Assembly (NCBI GenBank): GCA_038496445.1
Contig: JALMLS010000579.1
Location: forward strand, 124,001 to 188,000
DNA length: 64,000 nucleotides
Origin: Trichosphaerium sp. ATCC 40318
Taxonomy: Eukaryota; Protista; Tubulinea
Direction: 5' to 3'
Shown here in pieces: positions 1 to 12,238 of this stretch (position 1 is its first letter; each line of letters opens with the position of its first letter). The notes beneath the pieces were generated by a model. The model worked only from the letters and a program-made list of their open reading frames with translations. It was not told the DNA's origin and did no database searches. A program made the translations under genes and the position numbers.

Positions 1-1415
1 AGATTGTTAAGTACGTTGCGGTAGCTTTGCCATTGCAATACAACGAAATGGAACCACTAGGGACAATGCAAGGTACTGGCGCACTATTATGTCTTGGCGT
101 TCCGTTGGGTTCGACTTTTGGAATTGATATGCGTGAATACACTGTAGGCCCTCTATTTAAGGGTGTCAAACTCATTCCACCAGGTCCTCACCTTGTTTTT
201 TACAAGTACGTACCAAACTCATATTAGCTAACGCAACATACTAATTACGCGTAGTTTAAAGGACCAGAACGATAATATACGTTCTAGACTATGTTTCTTT
301 TTAAATGTCAAGCCAAACGAGGTAAGTGTCAAAAATAGGTGGAAACACGTTTAAAATTAATCCTCCTTTGATTGTAGAATGTTTTCTCAGGAATTGTAGG
401 TGTTTGTAAAAAAATGGGACCCACAGTTAGAAGACTTTGCTGATAGCATGGACAGCGATGAAACTGATAGATATATTCAAGGTGTAAGGAACTACGACTT
501 TGATAAGAATCTTGGAGCTTATCCGAAAGAATGTTCTGTTAAATGGAAAGGATTGTCTCAGTACCTCTCTGGACATATTGTAGATAAGCTCAACCCTGTC
601 AAACAGAAGCTAGCCGGTGTTAGCAAGCCGTTGACAATGCAAGAGGCTCAAACTGCTGGTGTTAATCTTACAGTACCACAAAATAGTAATCAATCGAATA
701 GTTCTTATTCTAGGAGACCTTTTTATACTGTTATTCCAAAATCTAAAAAAGTTAAACCTGGTACATCAATACAAGATTTGACACGTTGGAATAGAGATAA
801 ATCATTTATTTTGTATGACTTAATTAGAGAAGAGTTTAACGGAGGTATGTATCGTTTGTATTATGTTCTATGCGTTCTTTGTTAATTGTATATGCTTATA
901 CAATATTTTTAGATCCTATGGGTATCATTGGAGAATTGCAATACGCGTTTATAACATTTTTTTTGGGAGAAGACTTTGAAGGATTTGAACAATGGCGTAA
1001 AATATTTGTTCTTCTTTGTAATTGTGATGAGGCTCTATCACGTTATCCTCAATTATTCGTGGCATTTATAACAGCTTGTATACCACAGTTAAAGCAAGTA
1101 CCAGAAGAATTTTTCACTGACATTGTAACTGGTGAGAACTTTCTGTTTTATTCACTACAGGCACGTCTTTTTTCTTCATAATTTTTTTTTCCTGTTGTTT
1201 TAAAGTTGGGACCGTTATCACGTGATACATTGCGTAAGTTATGCTTATACTTTCGTGTGTAGGGTTTCTTTGAACTTCTAGACGACGATTCATTGGCTGG
1301 AGAACTTAGAAAGCTAGCGCACAAATTCAAAGTCTTCGTTCAACAAAAGTTTAAATTTCAGTTTTCTGATATGGACACAGATGAGATGCCCATTGTAGTA
1401 GAGACCAATATGTAA
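1..1415 (+). CDS. AAR2: AAR2 (U5 snRNP assembly factor) homolog; probably 5'-partial, multi-exon
   Basis: Spliced translation GALLCLGVPLGSTFGID...GPLFKGVKLIPPGPHLVFY...VRNYDFDKNLGAYP...IIGELQYAFITFFLGEDFEGFEQWRKIFVLLCNC matches the AAR2 family. TAA at 1413-1415. A probable intron at 11-60 implies the start lies upstream of the window (alternative ATG at 48). Confidence 0.9.
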
Positions 1416-1583
1416 AAAAAGAAACAAAGAACTTAGTGAACACCGATAGCGTTTTGAAAAATAAAAATGTTGTTTGAGGAGAACAGTTAGGAAAAGCTCA
1501 AAAAGGCCTTTACGGAATAATTATTTTGGTCCAAACAAGTCATTTTTCGGATTTACAGCTGAACAGACTCTGAGTTACTGAGT

Positions 1584-4500
1584 ATGGCACAGCCACCACC
1601 AGGATGGCCACCAGGCTATAGACACACAAACCCGAACTATCAGAGAAACCCTAATCAACAGCAATACCAACAAAATGTTCCACCACAGCAACAGGGTTAT
1701 AATACGGCTCCTGTACCTTACGCAAGACCAGTTCAGCGCCAACAACAGCGTAGTAACAGCCCGTTATCAGCTACAAATCCTTTTGCGCGCCCACCAGTCC
1801 AACAACATAACCAACACGTATGATTTGTGCTTTCGCTAAAGGAAATAACAAGTTAATAAATAGATACCTATGGCAAGGCCCCATACGGCTCCTGCACCTC
1901 AACAAGGGACAAACCCATTTCGTAGAGCGCCTGCGGTACCTGTACGCATAAAAATTAAATTTACAAAGTTAACCACTACAAGAATACGCAACCAGTGCAG
2001 CAAATACAAACACCTCCTTACTCACATCAACCTACACGTTTGAGTCCTGCAGCAGTTGATTATCGCCACCAACAAGCTCAAAGGCCTCAGAAAGCGGCAC
2101 CTGTGCGACCTGCATCAAAACCAGCTTTTGAACATCGTCACGCTCCACCTGTACCGCAAGAAAGCGGTCCACCACCTGTCGAAATAATACGTCCACAGAC
2201 GCCTACTGGTAATCAAAGTGGTTACTCAAATGACAATACAGTACGTTTCGTGTTTGAACGACTTTTCCTGTGACACGTTCTGGTTTTCCCTTTTTTTTTT
2301 TTCACGTTCTGTCTTCGTTTCAAGCCTAAACTAAGCGTGTTTTTAGAGTGGTGATCCAAGTGGCTACAATTCCAGTACAGAATCTGATATTAGTGAAGAA
2401 TCTACTGAGGAAGAAGCAAACGTAAGCCAAGTAAGTGATTAATAAGGAAGACAAAGTGGGAATCATTTTGATTTTTATTTTTGACGTCATTTTTAAATCC
2501 TTTTAGGAAACAGCGAGTAAAAACGTTGCTGGTCCTTATAGAGCACCTTCAAGACCAGGGTAATGTTTTTATGCTTGTATTGTTATGTTTTCTCATATTG
2601 TTGTAGAAGGAAGCCTTTATCTTTGTATTCTACATCAGATTCTTTTATTATTTATAATCATGATAAACCAACACTTGATCCTCTTGTTATTGGAAAGAAT
2701 AATTCACACCCTGGTGACTTTTCTTCTTTTAAAGCTACTAAAGACAAGAAGACATCATTTCCAAAACAAGTATCTAATTTTGATTGTTTTGGTATCCTCG
2801 GTATTATCGCATTGGAGCAAGGCACGTTTGTTTGGTTTTATTACTTTTTTTGATACGAGTTGAGTTGTATTTTTTTTTTCCGTTTTTTGACTTTTGAGCA
2901 GAAAGTTTCCTTGTGGTGATAACAGATTGCTCTCCTGTTGGTCTTGTCAATGGAAAGGTTATTTATAATATAACTGGAACAGAATTTTTATCTTTTTCGT
3001 CTCGTAGAGAGTATATGTACAGACATACGCCAGGCATAAAAGCACCGTACGTTCGAATTTTCTTTAAATATTTTTTTGTTCGAGTGGTTTCTCATTTCCG
3101 TCTTAGATATGTCAAGCTTCAGAAGTTTTGTTGTTTTGGCAATCTATACTTCTCATATGATTACCCATTAACACATAGTCTTCAAAGACAAAATAAATTA
3201 GCAACAGAAATACAGACACAGGTATGTTTGTTGGGTTTTCTTTTTCGTATTAATTTTTTTAGCCTCCATCTAAAGTTGCCGATAAACGATTTTTCTGGAA
3301 TAGATACCTCATGCGTCATTTTATTAAAAAGGGATTATGTGATTATATTACTATTGTAGTAAGGTACCAACTAAAGTTACAATTTTATTCACAACAAAAA
3401 AATCCCAACCTTCCTTCCATACTACTTTTGGAGTGAAGTAAAATAACATGTAGTTGTGTGTGCTGGTAGTAATTACTAGTAGGAATTTTTTAGTTGTATT
3501 TTTATTATTTTATTTGTCACGTGGGTCGAATTATACTAATTTTTTCGCTTGTAGAGGATATGTTGGTAAATATGAGAATGAACTTGTTCCTTCTACAAGT
3601 AACCATATTGATCTTATTTTGATATCTCGTATAAGTTGTATGCGTGCTGGAACTAGATATAATACAAGAGGTGAGTTTTGAGGTTGTCATGATTATCACG
3701 TGACAAAAAGTGATAATACAACTGAATTTTTAAGTGATTGTAATATTATATATGTTGTTCTAAAGTACACTATTAGGCATCAATGACGATGGTAATGTTG
3801 CGAATTTTGTTGAAACAGAGCAAATAATTCAATGCAAGACAAAAAATCGTGTTGTTTCTTTATTACAGATTAGAGGATCTATTCCTGTACGTTTAGTATA
3901 TATAATAGTATAATTGTACTTCCACTTTAATATCATATTGTCGCTGATCAGTCAATCATAGGTATTCTGGGAGCAAGAAAAACTCAAAAATGTACATCCT
4001 TTTGACGCCAAGAGTTTTTTTTGTTTGTCCGTTTTTTTTGATGCTCACACTATTTTTTTAGGGTAGACGACAGCCTGTAATTACTAGAAAGTTTCAAGCT
4101 ACTGTACCAGCTTTCAAGAAGCACATGGATCAAATGTTTAAATTTTATGGGAAGGATATTCATATTATAAATCTACTTTCTCGAAAAAAGAACAAGTCTG
4201 GTGCTTCAACTTTGTCTGAGGGATATGTTATGCAAGTACAAAAATATGCTTCTTTGGCATTAACATATACAAACTTTGATTTCCATAAAGAGTGTAAAGA
4301 TACTAAATGGGAAGCCATTGATCATCTCATTCGAGGCAAGTATTTTTTTTTTTTTGGGTTGAAATTTGGATATTTTTTTCTCGTGTGACAAATCGTTGTT
4401 TATCATTTACCACTTTCGTTCTTTTATGTTGAAAATATTTGTTTACTGATATCTAATAATTATTAGGCAAGAAAGTTGGTCCTGCATTGACGAAATATGG

Positions 4501-7500
4501 CTACTTTGAAACGTAAGAAATGATAGCTCGTAAATTGGATTTGTTTAACAAAGTGTATAGGAAGCTTGGTGATAATCGAGAGGGAATAGCAGTTCAATGT
4601 GGTACTTTTAGAACGAACTGTATGGATTGCTTGGATAGGTATGCACTAAATTGGTTTTCCCCACTGTGTACTAACTCTCTTGTTCTGAATAGAACAAATG
4701 TTGTTCAAAGTAAAATAGGTACGGGTTTTATAAAAATTAGTTTAAACTTAATGTTAATTTCTAGCCAATCACTCCCTTGCTTCACAGCTTAAGCGCCTTG
4801 GTCTTGGCAACGGATCTTTGGTTCCTCCAGGAAGTTCATTAGGACGTGCTTTTAAGAACATATGGGCTAACAATGGCGATTGGCTTAGTAAGGCGTATGC
4901 TGGTATGTTTTTTTTCCAGAAATGCTGCCAAGTTTTTGAAAAGAGAATATTTACTAACTTTACTTAGGTACTGGCGCTATGAAGAGTTCATTTACGAGAC
5001 ATGGCAAGTTGACATTTGCTGGTATGCTTGACGATGGATTGAAGTCCGCAACACGTATTTACGTACGCTTAAAGCTTAAGACATCGAGCGGAAAAAAACT
5101 TACAATTACTTTTAGCAAAATACGTTTAAGGATGGTTCGAAACAAGAAGCAATTGACTTGTTCCTTGGACGAATCGAAGAAGAGGTTTGTAGTACTATTT
5201 TTATGGTTGTTTCTCTTATGAATGTTATAGATTGAAGAGGAAGCCAGGACAGATACTGATAAATGGGTTAAAGGCCAACTGCGTCTTTGCAGGGTACATG
5301 ATTTATTGGTTTTACTGCTTATCTTACTCATGTATTTATGTAGGGGTCTTACACTAGATCTATCATATCTCATATGTTCTTGGTCACGTGGAATGTAAAT
5401 GCTAACCTACCTGCTGGAGACAGTACGTTGTAGTTTTTTTGTTGTTGTTTTTTTCATTTGCTGCGACTTGTGTTTGTGCTCACGAGAAATACCGTTTGTA
5501 GGTCAGAAAGAGCTCTTAAAGTTGTTTGATGTTAGACGTGTTAATCATGAGCTTATTGATACATATATTGTTTGTCTACAAGAAGTTGTAGAACTCAACA
5601 CTGGTCAGGTATGTTTACATTACTACAAAATAAAGGCTATCCAGTATTTACGTTTCTTAGGTGCTCAAGACAGATGTCACTAAAGCTTTAGCATGGGAAA
5701 AGGCTCTAACGAATTGTATAAATTCATTAAGAAAGAGCAAGGTAGTTCTCGTACAATCAGATCAGATGGTGGGCGTAGTAACTCTCATGTTCCTCAAGTA
5801 CACAACAATTCATTTGATTGTTTTAAATGTTAATGCATGAGTTTAGAGAAGACTTGATTAATGAAGTGAGAGATATAAAGACGTTTAGTTGTAAGACTGG
5901 TGTTAGTGGATACGCAGGAAACAAAGGAGGTGTCGCTGTTCGCTTCAAGTAAGTACTTTCTTCTTTCTCAATGTTTTTGAAAAGTCTTAAAAAAAACCAG
6001 TGGTTGGGTGTGGTCTCATTTTTGGTCACGTGACCTTTATTGTCTTGTTGCGTTATGTATTTTTTAAACTTCAATAACTATTTGGTTTTATAAAACCCAG
6101 AATTGTCCTAATGCACTTCAATCAAGTTACCTCTTGTTTTCGTTGAACTAATGTTTTTTTTAAAGGTACAGAGACTCCACAGTTTGTTTTATTGGTGCTC
6201 ATATGTCTGCTGGACAGAGTGCTGTAATGGAACGTGTTAGTGATTTCTGGGGTATTACAAACAAGGTGGCATTTGGTACACGTAACTACAAGAGTGGTAT
6301 CAAGGATCATGAGTACGTAAACCAGCGACCAGTATCTTTTTACTAATGTCCATTTTTAGTATGGTTTTCTGGCTTGGAGATTTTAACTTTAGGATTAACA
6401 TGCCTTATAATGATGTTATTGAATGTGTTAATAGAGGTGATTGGAGTCAACTATATAACCACGATCAAGTACGTTAGTCACGTGACTACCAGCGTGCTAT
6501 CACTATTTTTTGACTAGCGTCAAGAGCTTTCTTTTTCTATCTTTTTTTTTGTTGTGTTTACTTTCATTGTGAACCTAACTCTATTATTAGCTGAGGGAAG
6601 AGCAACATAAAGGATCTGCATTTAGTGGGTATAGTGAAGGCGCTATTGACTTTGCACCAACTTATAAATACGATATTGGCACTGATCGTTACGATACAAG
6701 GTACGGAAGAAATTTATAAACTTGTTATTTCTAGAAAAGTTAGATTGTTAATCCAAAAAATTAGCGAAAAACGAAGGATACCTGCATGGTGTGATAGGAT
6801 TCTTTATAAGAGTAATTCAGGTGAAATGATTGAACAGTTGTCTTATGCACGCTGTGAGATTACTACATCTGATCATAGACCAGTACACTCGCATCTCGTC
6901 ATTGAAGTGCGTGTGAAGCTCGTTTTATCCGAGTATTTTTTTTGTTTTTTTTGTTTTTCTTTTGGTGCTTTGTGATCGTTGTTACTGTTTCTTTTATTGC
7001 TTGGAGTCTAATATACCTTACTTAGGTTGTCGCCATCGATCATGATAAAGAGAGCAAGCTCAAGGATCGTCTATACAAGCTTGTTGAAACTCTTGATGAA
7101 GCAACACTTGCTAAACCTAATGAGTTGCATCATTCTCTTTCAATGCTAAAAAGAGAGGACTCTAGATCACTTATTTCTGAATCTAATAAAAGACCAGCTA
7201 CTGGAGGAGGCCCACCAGCCATACCGAAAAGTCATCCAGATGGTTCAAGAAGAAGATCAACACCTCCTAGTAAAGGTTCGCGTCAAAAAAACTGTTTTTT
7301 TTTTTGTTAATTTTCTGCACCTCTTCAAACGATCTGTGCTTATACTAAAACTTGCATATAGCTAATCAACCTGATGAGAATCTTATAGAATTTAAAGCAC
7401 GTCAAAATCGTAACACATGGGCACCACAACCTGCTAAATCTCAGGAACGTTTAAATATTGAAGGATACATGAATTCTTTGACTCAGATTGGGTCTCAAGT

Positions 7501-7959
7501 GAACAGCTCATTTGGTGATGTACAACTTCTTAAAACAAGTACAAACCTACTTGGAAACACAGGAAAGGCATTGGTTAATTACTTAAACAGCTTGGGAAAC
7601 CCACAAGCAACGGTACGTTGAAGGAAAGGAGAAAACCCTTCTCCATCTTTTTTTTTTTCTTCAAAAAAACAAAACTAAGAAAAAAATAGGACTTTTCTAA
7701 ACAAGTTACTATATGCTTTCAAACTCTTGGTAATGCTGCACGTACTGCTTCACAAAATGTAAAAGACCAAAATCTACATGCTCATCTTGTGAGTGCAGTT
7801 AATAATCTTCTGACATTGATAAGTAAATACGCACTGTATTTCTAAATGATAAATAAATAAATACAAAAAACACTTTCTTGAACTTCATGTGCCTTATGTT
7901 ACGGACAATTTATAGACTTGGATACCGTTACCAGTCTTCGCCTAGCTCATGTTGTGTAG
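1584..7959 (+). CDS. Synaptojanin-like phosphoinositide phosphatase (Pro/Gln-rich N-terminus, Sac1 domain, inositol 5-phosphatase domain, helical C-terminus)
   Basis: Sac1 motifs: [37 protein letters not shown], catalytic [16 protein letters not shown]. 5-phosphatase motifs: [35 protein letters not shown]. The last exon is uncertain (alternative stop at 7843-7845). Confidence 0.92.
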
Positions 7960-8162
7960 AACACTGCTACAATATAGCACGTGTTGAAAAACAAAGAACA
8001 AACTTTTCAGGGAAGTGATTCTGGCAAAGCGTGGTTGTCTGATGATTTATAGCGTTTGTACCCAATGCAGAGCAGTAGAAAGCAGTAAATACGAGGCCAG
8101 ATAAAATAACAGTTTTAATTTGTCTATTTACAATTTTTCTTCTTTTCGCAGTTTTTTTTTGT

Positions 8163-11100
8163 TTATACACTATTACTTTCACGTTCACTGTTGGTACCCT
8201 GAGAGAATATAATAGAATCAATAGTCATAACAGCGTTCTGAGCAGCTCTTTGTTTCCTTCTTCGAACTCTTCTTTTATACCTAACAAAGCAAATACCAAA
8301 GAAAGCCTAATAACCAAAATATCAATACCCAACCACGTGAAAAAAAAAAAACCAAAAATTCCAAACAGCAAATTTGGATTTCATCTTAAGCGTACAGTCA
8401 TGGCACAAGCACACCCGCAAACACCTATTAGTAATCCAAGGAAGACAGCTTGGATAAGCATTTTCTGTATTGATTCAGGATTCCATGGAGCTCCCTCAGC
8501 CACTGTATCTATTTTTTAAAATAAGTCAATGCCTTAACATCTCGCTTAACGAGCAATACTTTCTTCCTCGTAGGGATAAGAATAACGTACTATTAGTTAA
8601 AGAACATCTAGGAGTTGCAGCAATGCCTAGATTGAAGCATCTATCGCTATTGCTGCTGAACATAGGAAAACTTGTATTGGGTAATATTTCTGCACACAAT
8701 ATTTGGTTTTTTGCCTAAGAACTTTAGCACGTCATTTACGTCAATATCTTTCTTACATTTGGGCACGCAGTACGTAAAGAATTACAACTAGACATACAAG
8801 ACTGTTTAGCAACAGTTCTGAAATCTAGAGACATAAAGGTTAAGCCGCTATGAACATTTCTTGTTACTTACCTAATGAGCTCAAATTTTTTCCAGCAACA
8901 ATGATTTGATAGACTGCCTGAGACATGATTTTATCTAAATCTGCATTGGTACACACTGGTGCTATCTTAAAATAAAGTTAGAAGTGCTCCTGCTCCCAAA
9001 AAGAGCTATCCGTACCAATGAGCAAAGAGTTCGCCGTTGTGCGTTTTCGCAGTATGGACAGTCCTGTAGTTAATGTAAACACGTGTTAATTAACTTAAAA
9101 TTTGCGTACAGGATCAGCTACAGCATCAATGAAGTAGCTCAAATGCTTGTCATAGGCAAGAAAGTCTAGACCTGAAAAGTCTACAGTATACGTTTCCCAC
9201 GTAATATACGGAGCACAGTTTGGAATATCTGTACGGTTACCACAGTACTTACACTTTTGAGAAGGAGATAACCTAGGTGTATATATCTCCCCTAACAAAT
9301 ATGTCACGTGATTGATAAAAATAGGCTGTAGTACGTACCACAATTTGCCAAAAAAGGCCATGACGAACAGTACAAGTTTGTTAAAGCTGGAAGATTACAA
9401 ACTTCCAAAGCAGCATGACATTCACTACGACATGTCTTTGGATGTATTTCCCTAGTAGGCAAGTTTGAATAAACAAGAACTCAATCACTTACTCTCCTTT
9501 ATCACATCCAATAAATACAGACCTACAAATAAACCTTTCTATAGCTTCATCACAGTCCTTACATAGAATCTCAAAATCGCTGATAAAAAACGAGTAAAAA
9601 AACTGAGATAAAAGTCAACGAATGCTTACTCTACACCGAGGTGACTAAGTAAATGAGATACACCTTCTTCTATAAGGTCTTCTATACCGCTATAAAACGG
9701 CATAACAGGGTAGTCAATATAAGCATGACAAACGCCCTAGAAAAGGTGTTAACAAACTAAAGATAACCCGCTTCTTAAAAAAAAGCCTCACCTTTAATTG
9801 AACATATCGACATGGACACTTCGCCCTAGTGTTTGTGCCTACACATAGTTAACAACCAACAAATATGACGCCTAAAATAGGACAAGACATACCTATAGAC
9901 ATACAGTGTTCATTCGAAGCATAGGGAAACCGTCGACAGTTTGTTAAATGAGTCAAATCTTCAAAAACAGAAGCAAAATCTTTAACAACACGTGATGTTA
10001 TTTCAATCACATCTAAGTCTTGCATAGCATTTAAACTGCTAAACAAAATCACAAAAAAAGTAAGTTGCTTCAACATGACTACGAATATTGCTTACCATGT
10101 ATCGACAAGCGCTTGACAAACATCTTTACAAGGAGGAGCACCCTCCATAGTACCATCACATCCAAAATAAGCATCCCTGCACATTGTTGTCTGTAACTGC
10201 TGTAGGCAAGCTAAAATATAAGGACGTATTAGCATACTAATAGAACCGAGTGTCATGATTTCTTGCTTGTACAGAGATGAATACTTATCCCTTCTTCGAT
10301 ATTACTAAGCAAGTCAACAGCCTTTTTGTAGTGCCTGTAAAAAAGTAAACACAAAACAAAAACCAGTCAAGGAAATCATCTGTAATACGCACAAGGCTAT
10401 CAAATTCTCTACAGCTTCTAAGTTCATCATAAAAAGAGAAGATATTGGATATCCCAATTGACCTTTGCACATGGTCATTTGAGAATCATAAATCTCAGGT
10501 CCCTTAGTTTTCTGTTAGCATTATTTCTTTTTTTTGTATGAGCAGCAATATCACCTCTTTTACGTACCACACACTCTGTAGATGTATCTATGATATTGCT
10601 GTGAACGTTTATACACGTGCTAACTTTTACTACATCTGAGTTTGAAAACCCAAGAGACGTAGCAAGCTCCTCTGTGTGTTTTACTAACTGTTTCCAAAGC
10701 TTAGAAAAAACAAAAACAGTTTTGAACATGTGCTCAAAAGTACGTACAGCTAAATGTACTCTCTTGTATATGCCATTACAACCCTCACCGATTGCTCCAA
10801 AAGAATTAACTAGAGTCTTAAAAAGAGTGAGTCAAAGCGGTCTATTAAAAAGACAAAAACATTGGCGTCTAGTTTTTAAGCAGTTAAACTGAGACTCACC
10901 ATGACATTATGACGTAGAGTTGTCTGGAGCTGTTCTCTCACATCAACCTGGAATGAAGGCGCTGCTAAGCTATTGATATGGCATGCCTCGCTCAGAACCT
11001 TTACATGGAGGTTAAAAGATGCAAAAGATTAAGCCATTTTTAGAAAAAAATGACGTCATACGTCAAAACTACTAATACTAAAAAAGGATAAACCTATCCC

Positions 11101-11627
11101 CGTGTATACGGAATTGAATAAATAAAGCTTCAATACAACGTACAAACTCACAGCTTTGTCTACAAGGTGTTTGCGGCCATTTTACAGAAAACGTTTCACC
11201 TTCTAATTCTATACTGTCCTTGCATGGTGTAATATAGTTATGACAGAATATACGTTTAAGGTTATCTCTGCATGATCTAATTGAAAGCATTAGAAAGCAT
11301 CAGAGTCTACAAAAACTATAAAACAAACAAATGCTGCCGAAAAGTTTAATACGAGTCCAATAAGAACGTTTTTGTAATCATACGGGTAAGGAAGTGCGTC
11401 TATAGACGAAAAGAGTGTTGACCAGGATGTTATATCAAAATCGTCTACTTTTTGCCCATACGTGTAGCCTACGTAAGACTAAACCCATTTATGAGCGTTA
11501 GAAGTAATTCTACTGGCAATACCTTGCAAAACTCAGGAACTTCATCTCTACATAACTCTTCGCCATTAATTATCATAACATAAGCTATACAAAAAGCTAT
11601 AAACGAATGTACACGCCATGAGCACAT
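8163..11627 (-). CDS. Type I membrane protein with four tandem Frizzled-like cysteine-rich domains
   Basis: Signal peptide MCSWRVHSFIAFCIAYVMIING. CRD-like cores: CRDNLKRIFCHNYITPC..PCRQSC, CLQQLQTTMCRDAYFGC..PPCKDVCQALVDTC..CRRFP..C, CDEAIERFICRSVFIGC..TCRSECHAALEVC..CSSWPFLANC, CENAQRRTLCSLIAPVC..SCMSSCNSLRTAC. TM segment LIQAVFLGLLIGVCGCACAMTAFFGICFV followed by RYKRRVRRRK. One junction near 10760-10790 is ambiguous. Confidence 0.7.
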
Positions 11628-12238
11628 ATAAAGCAATTTATCTAAAAACTGTCTTTGACCGTCGTCATTTTAGTGTAAAAAGAACGTAACAAGACGTTAT
11701 CCCATTCGTACATTAAGATGACCCGTAATTTAAGATGCCGTTTCGGTTTATCATTTTTTTAAGCGCTTTTTTGTTGCTAGTACCGGCAATCTGCGTTTTT
11801 TTACGTTTATTACCGCTTAAAAGGCCTAGCTATGAAGGTCTTTTCTTGTAGTTCAAAAAAACCCGCTAGGCATTGCACAAGCTTAAAATAGGATTGTTGG
11901 ATATACTGTTTATAAGAACCGTGAAAGATTACCCTAGCTGTTGCAATAAAGCTATAGACGTACGTAAGTACCACGTATATAGTAAAAGAAGTTTACTTCA
12001 GGCAAAGTCAAATCGACAGTCAAATAACTAAAAAGACACCTCTGTGCAATTACACTTGAATCCACCTTAAGGTTCGATATTTGATCCCTTTTTCGGACAT
12101 AAAAACTTCAGTACAATGTATAAGGTTTTAAATTACTTTATGTACATCACTGACAAGTAAAAATAGCGTTGTGTATACACGCTTAGTATTTTGATGCTCT
12201 ACGCTTCTTTTTTTGGATTTCAAACTACTGTTTATAGT

